Assembly: GCA_041641295.1 (NCBI GenBank) | Contig: JBEPYO010000001.1 | Span: forward strand, 672,001 to 736,000 | DNA from: Nitrososphaerota archaeon | GTDB lineage: Archaea > Thermoproteota > Nitrososphaeria_A > Caldarchaeales > Calditenuaceae | Direction of reading: 5' to 3' | DNA: 64,000 nucleotides | Shown here: one piece after another, positions 28,395 to 37,123 of the stretch | How positions within the stretch are numbered: position 1 is the first letter of the stretch | Layout of the letters: the number at the start of each line of letters is the position of its first letter | The notes under the pieces: model-generated | The model's database searches: none | Told to the model about the DNA's origin: nothing | The model's input: the letters and a program-made list of their open reading frames with translations, nothing else | Translations under genes and position numbers: made by a program

Positions 28395-31049
28395 TTGAGC
28401 AGGGTTTATCTCTTCCACGAGGCCAAAGGTTTGACGCGGTTCGAGCTAGGAGGCAAGGGCTACGGCCTCGTTGAAATGACTGCTGCGGGTTTACCAGTAC
28501 CTCCGGGATTCACGATACTTACATCAGCGTGTAAGGAATACTACTCGAATGGAGGGAAGATTCCCAGCGGGCTGCTGGATGAGGTCCGCGAGAAGCTGAA
28601 GAAGCTGGAGGAGATGACTGGGAAGAGGTTTAACGACCCTGAGAGGCCTTTGCTCGTCTCTGTGAGATCTGGTGCACCCTACTCTATGCCCGGAATGATG
28701 GACACGATACTCAACCTCGGACTGAACGACAGGGTTGTGGAGGGGCTTGCGAAGCTGACGGGAGACCGCCGATTCGCATACGACGCTTACCGCCGATTCA
28801 TCCAGATGTTTGCAAGGATAGCTATGGGTGTTAAGGGCGAGCTATTCGAGCAGGCTCTAGAGAGAACGAAACACAGGCTGGGCGTGAAACACGACTATGA
28901 GATCCCAGCCTCAGAGCTTGAGAAGCTTGTGAGCGAGTTTAAGGAAATTGTGAGGAGGGAGACGGGGAGGGATTTCCCACAGGACCCCTGGGACCAGCTC
29001 GTCATGGCTATCGAGGCCGTCTTCAAGTCCTGGAATAATCCACGCGCAATAGAGTATAGACGCTACTATAAGATTCCGGACGACCTCGGCACTGCCGTCA
29101 ACGTACAGATGATGGTTTTCGGCAACATGGGCATGGACTCGGGCTCGGGCGTCGGATTCACTAGGAACCCATCGACTGGCGAGGCGAAGCTCTACGGCGA
29201 ATACCTCCCCAACTCTCAGGGTGAGGACGTAGTTGCGGGGATAAGGACCCCCATCCCAATTGACAAGGTTGATCCAGTAATCTATAAGCAGCTGGTCGAG
29301 ATTGCGGGGAAGCTTGAAAGATACTTCAAGGATATGCAGGATTTCGAGTTTACGGTGGAGCGCGGGAAGCTCTACATGCTCCAGACGAGGAATGGTAAGC
29401 GCACAGCCCAGGCGGCTGTGAAGATTGCTGTAGACATGGTGAGGGAGGGGCTCATAACCAAGGAGGAGGCGTTGTCCAGGATTGAGCCCAACGATCTAAA
29501 CCAGCTGCTACACCGCAGGCTTGACCCGAAGGCCAAGGTTGACCCGATAGCGAAGGGGCTGAATGCGTCCCCCGGAGTAGCCACTGGAAAGGTAATCTTC
29601 GACACGGACGAGGCCGCTGAACTCGGCGGGAAGGGTGAGAAGATAATACTCGTCAGGCCTGAGACGACGCCGGAGGACATTAAGGGTGTTATCGCTGCTC
29701 AGGGGGTTCTCACTAGCAGGGGCGGTATGACCAGTCATGCGGCTGTCGTCGCGAGGGGTATGGGGAAGCCCGCGGTTGTCGGCTGTGAGAGCATTAAGAT
29801 AAACATGGAGGAGGGCTACTTCGTAACAGATAAGGGAGTCCGCGTCAACAAGGGCGACATAATAACGATAGACGGAACCTCCGGCTACGTTATCCTCGGA
29901 GAGGCTCCGACAATCGAGCCTGAGCTGACAGAAGAGTTCAGGCTCCTGCTCTCATGGGCTAACGAGGTCAAGAGGCTGGGTGTTAGGGCTAACGCTGACA
30001 CACCTGAGGCGGCTGCAAAGGCTCGCGAATTCGGCGCTGAGGGTATTGGCCTCTGCAGGACGGAGAGGATGTTCAACGCTCCAGACAGGCTCCCGATTGT
30101 GAGGGAGATGATCATGGCTGAGACAGAAGAGGAGAGGAGGAGGGCACTTGAGAAGCTCTTCCCACTCCAGCTGGGCGACTTCATCGAGATATTCAAGATA
30201 ATGAAGGGCCTGCCAGTGACTGTTAGGCTCCTCGACCTCCCGCTCCACGAGTTCCTACCATCCGAAGCACAGCTACTCACAGAGATCTATGAGCTAAGGT
30301 CCAAGGGCGCGCCCCAGAAGGAGATAGACGAGAAGATGAAGATACTCCAGAAGGTCCGCCAGCTCCAAGAGCACAACCCCATGATCGGGCATAGGGGCTG
30401 CAGACTAGCCATAAGATACCCCGAGATATACGAGATGCAGGTCAGGGCGATACTCACAGCGGCGATAAAGGTGTTAAAGTCTGAGGGAGAGACTGTTCAT
30501 GTCCAGATAATGATTCCACTCGTCTCGGAGGCCTCTGAGCTAGCATACCTCAGGGAGATAATCGATAAGACGGCTGAGAAGGTCTTCCAGGAGCAGGGGA
30601 TCAGGATACCGTACAAGGTGGGCACCATGATAGAGACTCCGAGAGCCGCGCTGACAGCCGCAAAGATAGCTCAGGTGGCAGACTTCTTCTCATTCGGGAC
30701 AAACGACCTGACACAGACGACTTTCGGGTTTAGCAGGGATGACGTGGAGGCTAAGTTCATGGCTGATTATCTTGAGAAGAAGATATTGAAGGAGAATCCG
30801 TTCGAGGTGCTCGACACCGATGGTGTTGGAAGGCTTGTGAAGCTCGCGACAGAGGAGGGGAAGAGAGCTAATCCACACTTGGAGGTTGGAATCTGCGGCG
30901 AGCACGGCGGAGAGCCTAACAGCGTGAAATTCTTCCACTCGGCTGGGCTCGACTATGTAAGCTGCTCACCCTACAGGATACCAATAGCGCGGATAGCTGC
31001 AGCCCAGGCGGCGATAGCGGTAAAAGAGAAGGCGCCCATCACAATATAG
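28395..31049 (+). CDS. ppdK: Pyruvate, phosphate dikinase
   Basis: LGGKG, VSVRSGA..SMPGMM, GGMTSHAAVVAR, GLCRTE, FSFGTNDL and GICGEHGG motifs. Confidence 0.97.
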   Translation: MSRVYLFHEAKGLTRFELGGKGYGLVEMTAAGLPVPPGFTILTSACKEYYSNGGKIPSGLLDEVREKLKKLEEMTGKRFNDPERPLLVSVRSGAPYSMPGMMDTILNLGLNDRVVEGLAKLTGDRRFAYDAYRRFIQMFARIAMGVKGELFEQALERTKHRLGVKHDYEIPASELEKLVSEFKEIVRRETGRDFPQDPWDQLVMAIEAVFKSWNNPRAIEYRRYYKIPDDLGTAVNVQMMVFGNMGMDSGSGVGFTRNPSTGEAKLYGEYLPNSQGEDVVAGIRTPIPIDKVDPVIYKQLVEIAGKLERYFKDMQDFEFTVERGKLYMLQTRNGKRTAQAAVKIAVDMVREGLITKEEALSRIEPNDLNQLLHRRLDPKAKVDPIAKGLNASPGVATGKVIFDTDEAAELGGKGEKIILVRPETTPEDIKGVIAAQGVLTSRGGMTSHAAVVARGMGKPAVVGCESIKINMEEGYFVTDKGVRVNKGDIITIDGTSGYVILGEAPTIEPELTEEFRLLLSWANEVKRLGVRANADTPEAAAKAREFGAEGIGLCRTERMFNAPDRLPIVREMIMAETEEERRRALEKLFPLQLGDFIEIFKIMKGLPVTVRLLDLPLHEFLPSEAQLLTEIYELRSKGAPQKEIDEKMKILQKVRQLQEHNPMIGHRGCRLAIRYPEIYEMQVRAILTAAIKVLKSEGETVHVQIMIPLVSEASELAYLREIIDKTAEKVFQEQGIRIPYKVGTMIETPRAALTAAKIAQVADFFSFGTNDLTQTTFGFSRDDVEAKFMADYLEKKILKENPFEVLDTDGVGRLVKLATEEGKRANPHLEVGICGEHGGEPNSVKFFHSAGLDYVSCSPYRIPIARIAAAQAAIAVKEKAPITI

Positions 31050-31190
31050 AAAATATTTCCGCTCCCACTAGTAGCTTTTCTAGAGTTTTACAGTTTATTA
31101 TAGCTAGGTGTGCAAGCTCAGAGTCTAGTGATGCGCCATGCCAGTTCCACTCTTAACGATGAGCATCGAAACCAAATAGGCGCAAACCCT

Positions 31191-31640
31191 TTAATCTAAA
31201 TTTTTTCCATCGCTCCTTTTTGCCCACATGCTGGCTATGTCGCTCTCACCGACTTTCTCTTCTCCAGTTATAAGATTGGGGCTCATATTGTTCTCTCTGC
31301 GTATAGCCCACTTCTCACCCCAGTCTCTAAGATACTCCAAGAGCGGTCTGAGGTCCATCGCTATCTCCGTCAACGAGTACCTTACGGTGAAGGGCTGGGT
31401 GCTCACAATTTCCCTAGACACTAGCCCTGTCTGTTGCAGCGATTTCAGCGTTCTTGAGAGGGTTTTTGAATTTATTCCGGGTACTGTCCTCAACAGCTCG
31501 TTAAAGCTTTTCGGACCATCTAGGAGGTAGCTGATAATTACGAGGGACCACATGCTCCTCAATAGTTTGGAGGCGGCTAGGACAGGGCAGATCCTCTCCC
31601 CGTCTTTTCTGAGAACCCACCCGCATCGCGGCTTAGCCAT
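31191..31640 (-). CDS. HxlR family transcriptional regulator
   Basis: CPV..., WSLVII..L..GP..FNEL, LS..LK.L...GLV.R and Y.LT motifs. Start trimmed to ATG 31640. Confidence 0.9.
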   Translation of the reverse strand: MAKPRCGWVLRKDGERICPVLAASKLLRSMWSLVIISYLLDGPKSFNELLRTVPGINSKTLSRTLKSLQQTGLVSREIVSTQPFTVRYSLTEIAMDLRPLLEYLRDWGEKWAIRRENNMSPNLITGEEKVGESDIASMWAKRSDGKNLD

Positions 31641-31642
31641 CT

Positions 31643-31660
31643 GGTGGCATATATGCCGCC
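31643..31660. promoter_or_regulatory. Palindromic operator in the hxlR/doxX divergent promoter
   Basis: GGTGGCATATATGCCGCC (one mismatched pair) next to TATTTAAAATA. Confidence 0.5.
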
Positions 31661-31715
31661 TACTATTTAAAATAATAGCATCTCGCCATCTAGTAGCGCT
31701 AGGTGAGTAGTAGGG

Positions 31716-32192
31716 ATGGTATTGCCCTATTTCCTCGCCCAATACGACGACGCCGCGCTACTGATAGTCAGGATAGCGCTGGGCTTCACGATGGTTGTCC
31801 ACGGATTCCCGAAGCTGGTCGGACCTGCGAGGCCTCATATGAGGTCTGGCATGGCCCAGTTGGGGATTCCGCCGCTCCTCTTCGACTTAGTCGGGCTACT
31901 GGAGCTTCTCGGAGGAATATTCCTGATAGCGGGATTCCTAACTAGGATAGTCGCAATACTCTTCGCCCTGCAGATGGTTGGCACAATAGCCCTCTACCTC
32001 TCAGTTCTGGGGAGGCTGGTTCCACCGCCCGAGGTGCTGAGCCAGATGGTAGCCAACTCTAGAAGGGTTATGCGCGGATTCATAGCTGGTGTTAGTGGAT
32101 GGGAGCTAGACTTGCTGATACTGGCGATGGCTCTCCTGCTGCTAACAACTGGTGCTGGCGCGCTCTCTATAGACGCTTTCCTAGGGATATAG
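31716..32192 (+). CDS. DoxX family membrane protein
   Basis: RI.LG.....HG..KL, ELLGG..L..G..TR and GWE.DL...GAG..S.D motifs. Confidence 0.9.
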   Translation: MVLPYFLAQYDDAALLIVRIALGFTMVVHGFPKLVGPARPHMRSGMAQLGIPPLLFDLVGLLELLGGIFLIAGFLTRIVAILFALQMVGTIALYLSVLGRLVPPPEVLSQMVANSRRVMRGFIAGVSGWELDLLILAMALLLLTTGAGALSIDAFLGI

Positions 32193-32270
32193 CTGGATAA
32201 CCGCGATAGCAATATACAGCTAGGCTAATCCCTTTACATCTCTAACACGTTTTTTACGGCCACTGCAATC

Positions 32271-34208
32271 CTAGCGTGACCGCTTGACTGCCTGTGCAAG
32301 TGCTTCGCCCTGCTGAAGCATAATCCTCCTCTCGGCCCTCTTGATAATCTCTAGGAGCATGCGCCTGTATGTCCACCCCATGTAGCTGCACGCCTTGCGG
32401 AGGTGGCCATCCCACACCCACCCCGGGTTGGGATTTGCCTCTAAAAAGTAGGGCACCCCGTCGCTGCCCAGCCTCCAGTCAAACCGCGCATAGTCCCTAC
32501 ACTCCAGCCTCCTAAACAGTTGGATGGACCATTTCGTCATCATGGATTTTATGCTTGGTGGTAGGCGAGCAGGCACGGATCTCACTGCGCCATAGCTGCT
32601 CGCAGGTATCCATTTTGCTTGATAGGTGCATATCCTAGGCAGGCTGGCTGGGACTCCACTGTAGTCCTCCCTCAGTATTGGGGCTACAACATAGTCGTGT
32701 GGTGGGTTGCCTATGATGGAGACGGTTAAGTCCTCACCCTCGATATACTCCTCCACGAGGATAGGGCCGCTGTAGCCCCATCCTCTACGCAGGTTCTCGA
32801 TGGCTGCTACAAGATCCTCCGCGCTCCTAGCTATACTCTTCTCAGTTATGCCCCAGCTATTGTCTCCGAAGTTGGGCTTGACTACGAGAGGATACCTCAG
32901 GCCCTTAACGCGGAATGGAGCCTCTCCCGGCTCCAGCAATACAGACCGTGGTGTAGGTATCCCCATCTGGTGGGCCACCAGTTTCACCAAGTTCTTATCG
33001 TAACACAGTGTGAGACAGCGCTGGCCCGCACCGGTATATGATAGGCCGAGCATATCGAGTATTGCGGGTATGTGCGGCTCTTTGAATGGGTCGTTGCAGA
33101 ACCCATCGTCGCAGAGATTCAGTACTAGGTGTATTCTGTCGCGATTTTGCTCTAAGATTCTAAGCATCTCGGAGTGGTTGTCTATGAGCCTGAACTTGTA
33201 GCCTTTTATGCCATAGAGGGCAGACTTGAGCTCATTCACCGCATACTGGTCATCCTCATCGAATACTGAGCCGGGCTTCACGGGATTGGGGATGCGCGGG
33301 TCACCCAGCAGAACATACACCTCCTTGCCCCCCTCCTGCCCCCCATCTTCCTTGCCCGCTAGAGCCGTCACCATCATACGCGTAGCCATCAATCCAGGGT
33401 CGCTACTCGAGTCCTCAGAATCCATAAGCATTCTAAGGGTCACGTTGACGAATCCCACCGACTCGAGGAGATTCTTGAGTTCAGCAAAAGAGTAAAGCCT
33501 AACGGCGTAGATATTGTCGGCGCGGACCCCGCCCTCCACGTCTATTACAATCTCTCTTGTTATGATTCTTTCACCATCCAACGACATCTCCCTCTCCCTC
33601 ACCACGATAGTCCTGTCGTCCACCCATTCCCAGCTCCTCTTCTCATAACTTCGCCTTATTGCGTCGCCGGCTGCTATGTCTAAGAGCAGCCTCCCGTGAG
33701 GCCTCAGGACTCTGTGGACCTCTTTGAGCAGCTTGATGTCGTCATTCTTGTCTGTAAAGTAGCCGAAGCTGTTTCCCATTAGTAATACTGCGTCGAATGT
33801 GTTGTTTGGGTATGGTGTACTCCGCGCGTCTCCCACCCTGAATGTGGCTTTAACGCCCTGTTGTCGGGCCGCTTTCTGGGCCAGCCTGATTAGGTATTCC
33901 GATAGGTCGAGCCCCTCGACGTTTCTGAAGCCTCTTTTAGCCAGCTCTATGGAGTGCCTCCCCTGTCCACAGCATAGGTCCAGTATTTTCTCAGAGGGCT
34001 CGAGGTCTAGCATCTGGACTATGAGGTCTACCTCTCTCTTCGTGAGCCCCTCATTCATCACGATGCTTGAGTCTGTCTTTAGATAGAATTCGTTGAAGAT
34101 CTTTGACCACCACTCAGGGTCTAGCAGCTGCTCCAGCGGAGTCCCCGCACACCTGCCTCTAAATGGTCTGGATATAGGAGATGTAGGGGGATTCCCCAAC
34201 TGGCTCAC
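32271..34208 (-). CDS. Class I SAM methyltransferase fused to a D-Ala-D-Ala-ligase-like ATP-grasp domain
   Basis: ILDLCCGQGRH and MGNSFGYF (methyltransferase); VVKP...DNS.GI, LVEEYIEG, YQAKW, YARFD.R and LEANPNPG (ATP-grasp). Confidence 0.88.
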   Translation of the reverse strand: MSQLGNPPTSPISRPFRGRCAGTPLEQLLDPEWWSKIFNEFYLKTDSSIVMNEGLTKREVDLIVQMLDLEPSEKILDLCCGQGRHSIELAKRGFRNVEGLDLSEYLIRLAQKAARQQGVKATFRVGDARSTPYPNNTFDAVLLMGNSFGYFTDKNDDIKLLKEVHRVLRPHGRLLLDIAAGDAIRRSYEKRSWEWVDDRTIVVREREMSLDGERIITREIVIDVEGGVRADNIYAVRLYSFAELKNLLESVGFVNVTLRMLMDSEDSSSDPGLMATRMMVTALAGKEDGGQEGGKEVYVLLGDPRIPNPVKPGSVFDEDDQYAVNELKSALYGIKGYKFRLIDNHSEMLRILEQNRDRIHLVLNLCDDGFCNDPFKEPHIPAILDMLGLSYTGAGQRCLTLCYDKNLVKLVAHQMGIPTPRSVLLEPGEAPFRVKGLRYPLVVKPNFGDNSWGITEKSIARSAEDLVAAIENLRRGWGYSGPILVEEYIEGEDLTVSIIGNPPHDYVVAPILREDYSGVPASLPRICTYQAKWIPASSYGAVRSVPARLPPSIKSMMTKWSIQLFRRLECRDYARFDWRLGSDGVPYFLEANPNPGWVWDGHLRKACSYMGWTYRRMLLEIIKRAERRIMLQQGEALAQAVKRSR

Positions 34209-34302
34209 CAGCTACCATAGCCACACCAGCTTTCACGCTCACCACCAAATGGGATGTATTAAGGTTCATTGAATTATTGCAACTTAAACTGAAATATACT
34301 TA

Positions 34303-34749
34303 TTAAGACCCGTCCATTTTCTTTAGCTTCTCAATATTCGACCTCTCGCTTTCATCGATCCTCTCTACTGCAAGCCAAGCGTCTATTATCTCCCGCGCAA
34401 CCTCAGGGGTTGTTAGCCTCCCACTCAGTGCGAGGACATTGGCGTCGTTCCAGAGGCGGGCCCCTCTCGCGGTTTGGGCGTCGAAGCAGAGGGCAGCCCG
34501 CACACCCTTGACCTTGTTCGCTGCGATAGAGACGCCTGTACCGGTGTAGCACACTATTATTCCGAAATCCACTTTACCTTCCGCAACCAGTCGCCCAACC
34601 TCGAAGCCAACTTCGGGCCATGGTTCAACCTTCCCGCTCTTCAGGGAGCCCACCTCGACCACCTCAAACCCCTTCTCTGCAAGATACTTAGCCGCCTCTA
34701 CAGCCGCGGCATATCGGTCATCAGAGCCGACAGCCACTCGCTTCCGCAC
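34303..34749 (-). CDS. rpiB: RpiB/LacA/LacB family sugar-phosphate isomerase
   Basis: VGSD, CYTGTGVSIAANKVKGVRAA and A.GAR.WNDANVL motifs. GTG 34749 lies ~26 nt after TTTAAA. Confidence 0.88.
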   Translation of the reverse strand: MRKRVAVGSDDRYAAAVEAAKYLAEKGFEVVEVGSLKSGKVEPWPEVGFEVGRLVAEGKVDFGIIVCYTGTGVSIAANKVKGVRAALCFDAQTARGARLWNDANVLALSGRLTTPEVAREIIDAWLAVERIDESERSNIEKLKKMDGS

Positions 34750-34841
34750 AGATACTCTATCTCCCCTCCTAGGCTTTAAAGGATTTAGCCCGGCAAACCC
34801 CGACATAGACTAGTCCGTCATCGAGTGGCAGGGAGGGGTGG

Positions 34842-35393
34842 ATGCCTCTTCTGCGGATCGAGCCGCACAGGTTTAGGCACTACAAGGCGGAGCTGGTCGA
34901 GGCTTTTACAAGACATGTAGGCAGAGTTCTGGAGATCGGGTGCGGGCTACGGCTGTATGAGAGCTACTGTAGGGGTCTTGAGTATGTTGGGGTGGATGTA
35001 GACGCGTCGGTAAGGCCGAATATTCTCGCCGACGCCGTGAAGCTGCCATTCCGCGACTCTTGTTTCGAAATAATCATTATGCTGGATTCCCTCGAGCATG
35101 TGGCAGATGCGGATGCCGCCGTGAGGGAGTGTGTACGGGTCCTCAAGGACGGTGGCAGGCTACTAATCACGACACCCAACACCCGCGGGTTTGGGTTTTA
35201 CGACAGCTTCGCCGACAGGACACACATACACCACTTCAACTGGTCTAGCCTAGAAAAGGTGCTTAGGAGAAATGGGCTTAAGGTGGAGAAACGGGTACCA
35301 CTCCACCTACACATATACTGGCCCCTACGTCTCCTACGCTCCCGGCTACTAGTCCCACTGCAACAGTCAATCTGCGTGGTGGCTAGGAGATGA
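34842..35393 (+). CDS. Class I SAM-dependent methyltransferase (type 11)
   Basis: VLEIGCG, LPF.D..F, LEHV and RVLK.GG.L.ITTPN motifs. Confidence 0.88.
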   Translation: MPLLRIEPHRFRHYKAELVEAFTRHVGRVLEIGCGLRLYESYCRGLEYVGVDVDASVRPNILADAVKLPFRDSCFEIIIMLDSLEHVADADAAVRECVRVLKDGGRLLITTPNTRGFGFYDSFADRTHIHHFNWSSLEKVLRRNGLKVEKRVPLHLHIYWPLRLLRSRLLVPLQQSICVVARR

Positions 35394-36415
35394 GTAGGAT
35401 TAGACAGCTCCTCAAGAGATCCCTAGCCGGCCTCATAGTCAGCATAGGCATAACACTCCTCATAGCCACGCTGTTCAATATACCGCTGGCCACACTACTC
35501 TCTATCCCGCCCTCCCTTCTACTTCTGTCCTTGGGCCTGTGCCTAGCGAGGCTATTGGCACAGGGGGTCAGATTCCATCTCCTAGTGCAGCACCTCTCAG
35601 CCACGCCTATGAGTATGGGTGAGGCGTTTATGATTAGGAGCGTGAGCGAGTTCTTCGCACTCACAACCATCCCCTTCATAGCAGACGAGGCGGTCAGGGC
35701 CTGGATACTGATCGAGAAGGGAGAGAACCCTGTCGTAGCCATCTGGATAGCATTCATCGAGCTAATCCTAGACGTGCTAGTATCAGCCCCGATAGCCCTC
35801 CTAGCAGGTGCAGCTGCCTTGTCCCGCGGCGCGATAAGCGTGGCACTGATGCTGATCATCATACCTGCTCTACAGCTCATACTGGTCACCACCCTCCTCA
35901 AGCAGTCTAGGCATCAGGGGTTAGAAAGCCTCCGCAGACTGACGAGCCGACTAGAGGGACGGCTACCAGTATTTAGAAGAGTGTTAAACACGCTTAAACA
36001 GCCGGGCCCGAACCAAGCGAGCCTTCTCAAGACGCTGAGTTTTAGCCGGATCAAAACCATCTCCGCAGGCCTCCTAGCCGCTACGGTGGCCGTGATGCTT
36101 ATACCAGCCATCACGCTCTATGCAGTCTTCTCAAGCTATACGGCAATAGGCTTCATAGAGGCAATTTTTGCTTTCCACGCAGGGAATACGCTGGGCGTCC
36201 TTCCGGTAACTGTTGGGGGTGCAGGCCTGACTGAGGCAGGAGTTTACCTCTTCTCCAGCAGAGTCTTGGGGGTTTACTCGTGGATTGCAGTAGTTCTATG
36301 GCGGATACTCACATATTACTTGACGCTAATAGTGAGTGGCGCGATTCTTATCTACTATGTGTTGAAGAGGCTGAGAGAGGGTATTAAAAGCTCTCGAGAT
36401 GCGAAGAGTGTTTGA
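35390..36415 (+). CDS. Lysylphosphatidylglycerol-synthase-TM / UPF0104 flippase-like membrane protein
   Basis: ~8 TM; P.T.GGAG..E and WR..TYY motifs. Confidence 0.8.
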   Translation: MSRIRQLLKRSLAGLIVSIGITLLIATLFNIPLATLLSIPPSLLLLSLGLCLARLLAQGVRFHLLVQHLSATPMSMGEAFMIRSVSEFFALTTIPFIADEAVRAWILIEKGENPVVAIWIAFIELILDVLVSAPIALLAGAAALSRGAISVALMLIIIPALQLILVTTLLKQSRHQGLESLRRLTSRLEGRLPVFRRVLNTLKQPGPNQASLLKTLSFSRIKTISAGLLAATVAVMLIPAITLYAVFSSYTAIGFIEAIFAFHAGNTLGVLPVTVGGAGLTEAGVYLFSSRVLGVYSWIAVVLWRILTYYLTLIVSGAILIYYVLKRLREGIKSSRDAKSV

Positions 36416-36448
36416 AGACCCTCTCTATTAGAGTGTCGAGCCGCAGCC

Positions 36449-37024
36449 TCAGAGGTATCTGGCCTTCAGGGAGTTTACAACCGTGTCCAGCCGCCTAGCC
36501 CTTGTCTCTAGAGGCCTAGCTGGAGTAGAAGCTGGTGCACTAAGCCGCGGAGTATATTTGTAGAGCCTATGCAGTTTTCCGTCACTGCTCGACCAAGCCT
36601 CCAAAACCTCGACAGGTCTCCAACCTAGGATAGGATAGTTATGCGTCACGATTACTGCGTCCTTTGGCGCAGTTAATAGCACGTGCTCAATCTCCTTTAA
36701 CGCTCTGCTTGTAAGATAGGCTACAATGTGTGTGACCCCCTCCAAGCTGACCGTCCTCACGTCGGTGTTTAGGAAGGCTACATTCTCTAGTCCAAGCGCC
36801 CTAGCCCTTCTGTTAGCTATCTCTACGAGCTGGGGGTTGAGTTCAATACCCATCGAGAGAGAGCCGCATCTCTTGGCCGCCTCGATGACGAGCCTTCCAT
36901 CTCCTGATCCTAGGTCAACGATTATAGAGTCTTCGCCGGGTCCCGCGAAGTCGATGATCTTGCCGACCATGTCCCAGCCTGTTGGGACGAAGGGGTCTAG
37001 CCTTGGATGCCGCCTATTAAGCAT
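36449..37024 (-). CDS. Class I SAM methyltransferase, FAM173/archaeal protein-lysine methyltransferase-like
   Basis: PFVPT, DLGSGDGR.VI.AA, GIELN and W.P motifs. Confidence 0.75.
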   Translation of the reverse strand: MLNRRHPRLDPFVPTGWDMVGKIIDFAGPGEDSIIVDLGSGDGRLVIEAAKRCGSLSMGIELNPQLVEIANRRARALGLENVAFLNTDVRTVSLEGVTHIVAYLTSRALKEIEHVLLTAPKDAVIVTHNYPILGWRPVEVLEAWSSSDGKLHRLYKYTPRLSAPASTPARPLETRARRLDTVVNSLKARYL

Positions 37025-37123
37025 CCATCTATTGGAGAGCCGCCTCTCCTCTTATCCTTATCCCCCTCAAAACGCACTCCTCTCACCTGATAAATAGTCC
37101 CTGTCAATCTATTACTTGACGGA

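Noticed and set aside
28765-28799. Direct repeat ACCGCCGATTC x2 in ppdK
   Set aside because: Encodes the normal RRF...RRF protein sequence; only two copies, not an array.
31128-31185. C/D box sRNA (GTGATGC...CGATGA) after a TATA-like sequence
   Set aside because: No CTGA D or D' boxes; too degenerate to support.
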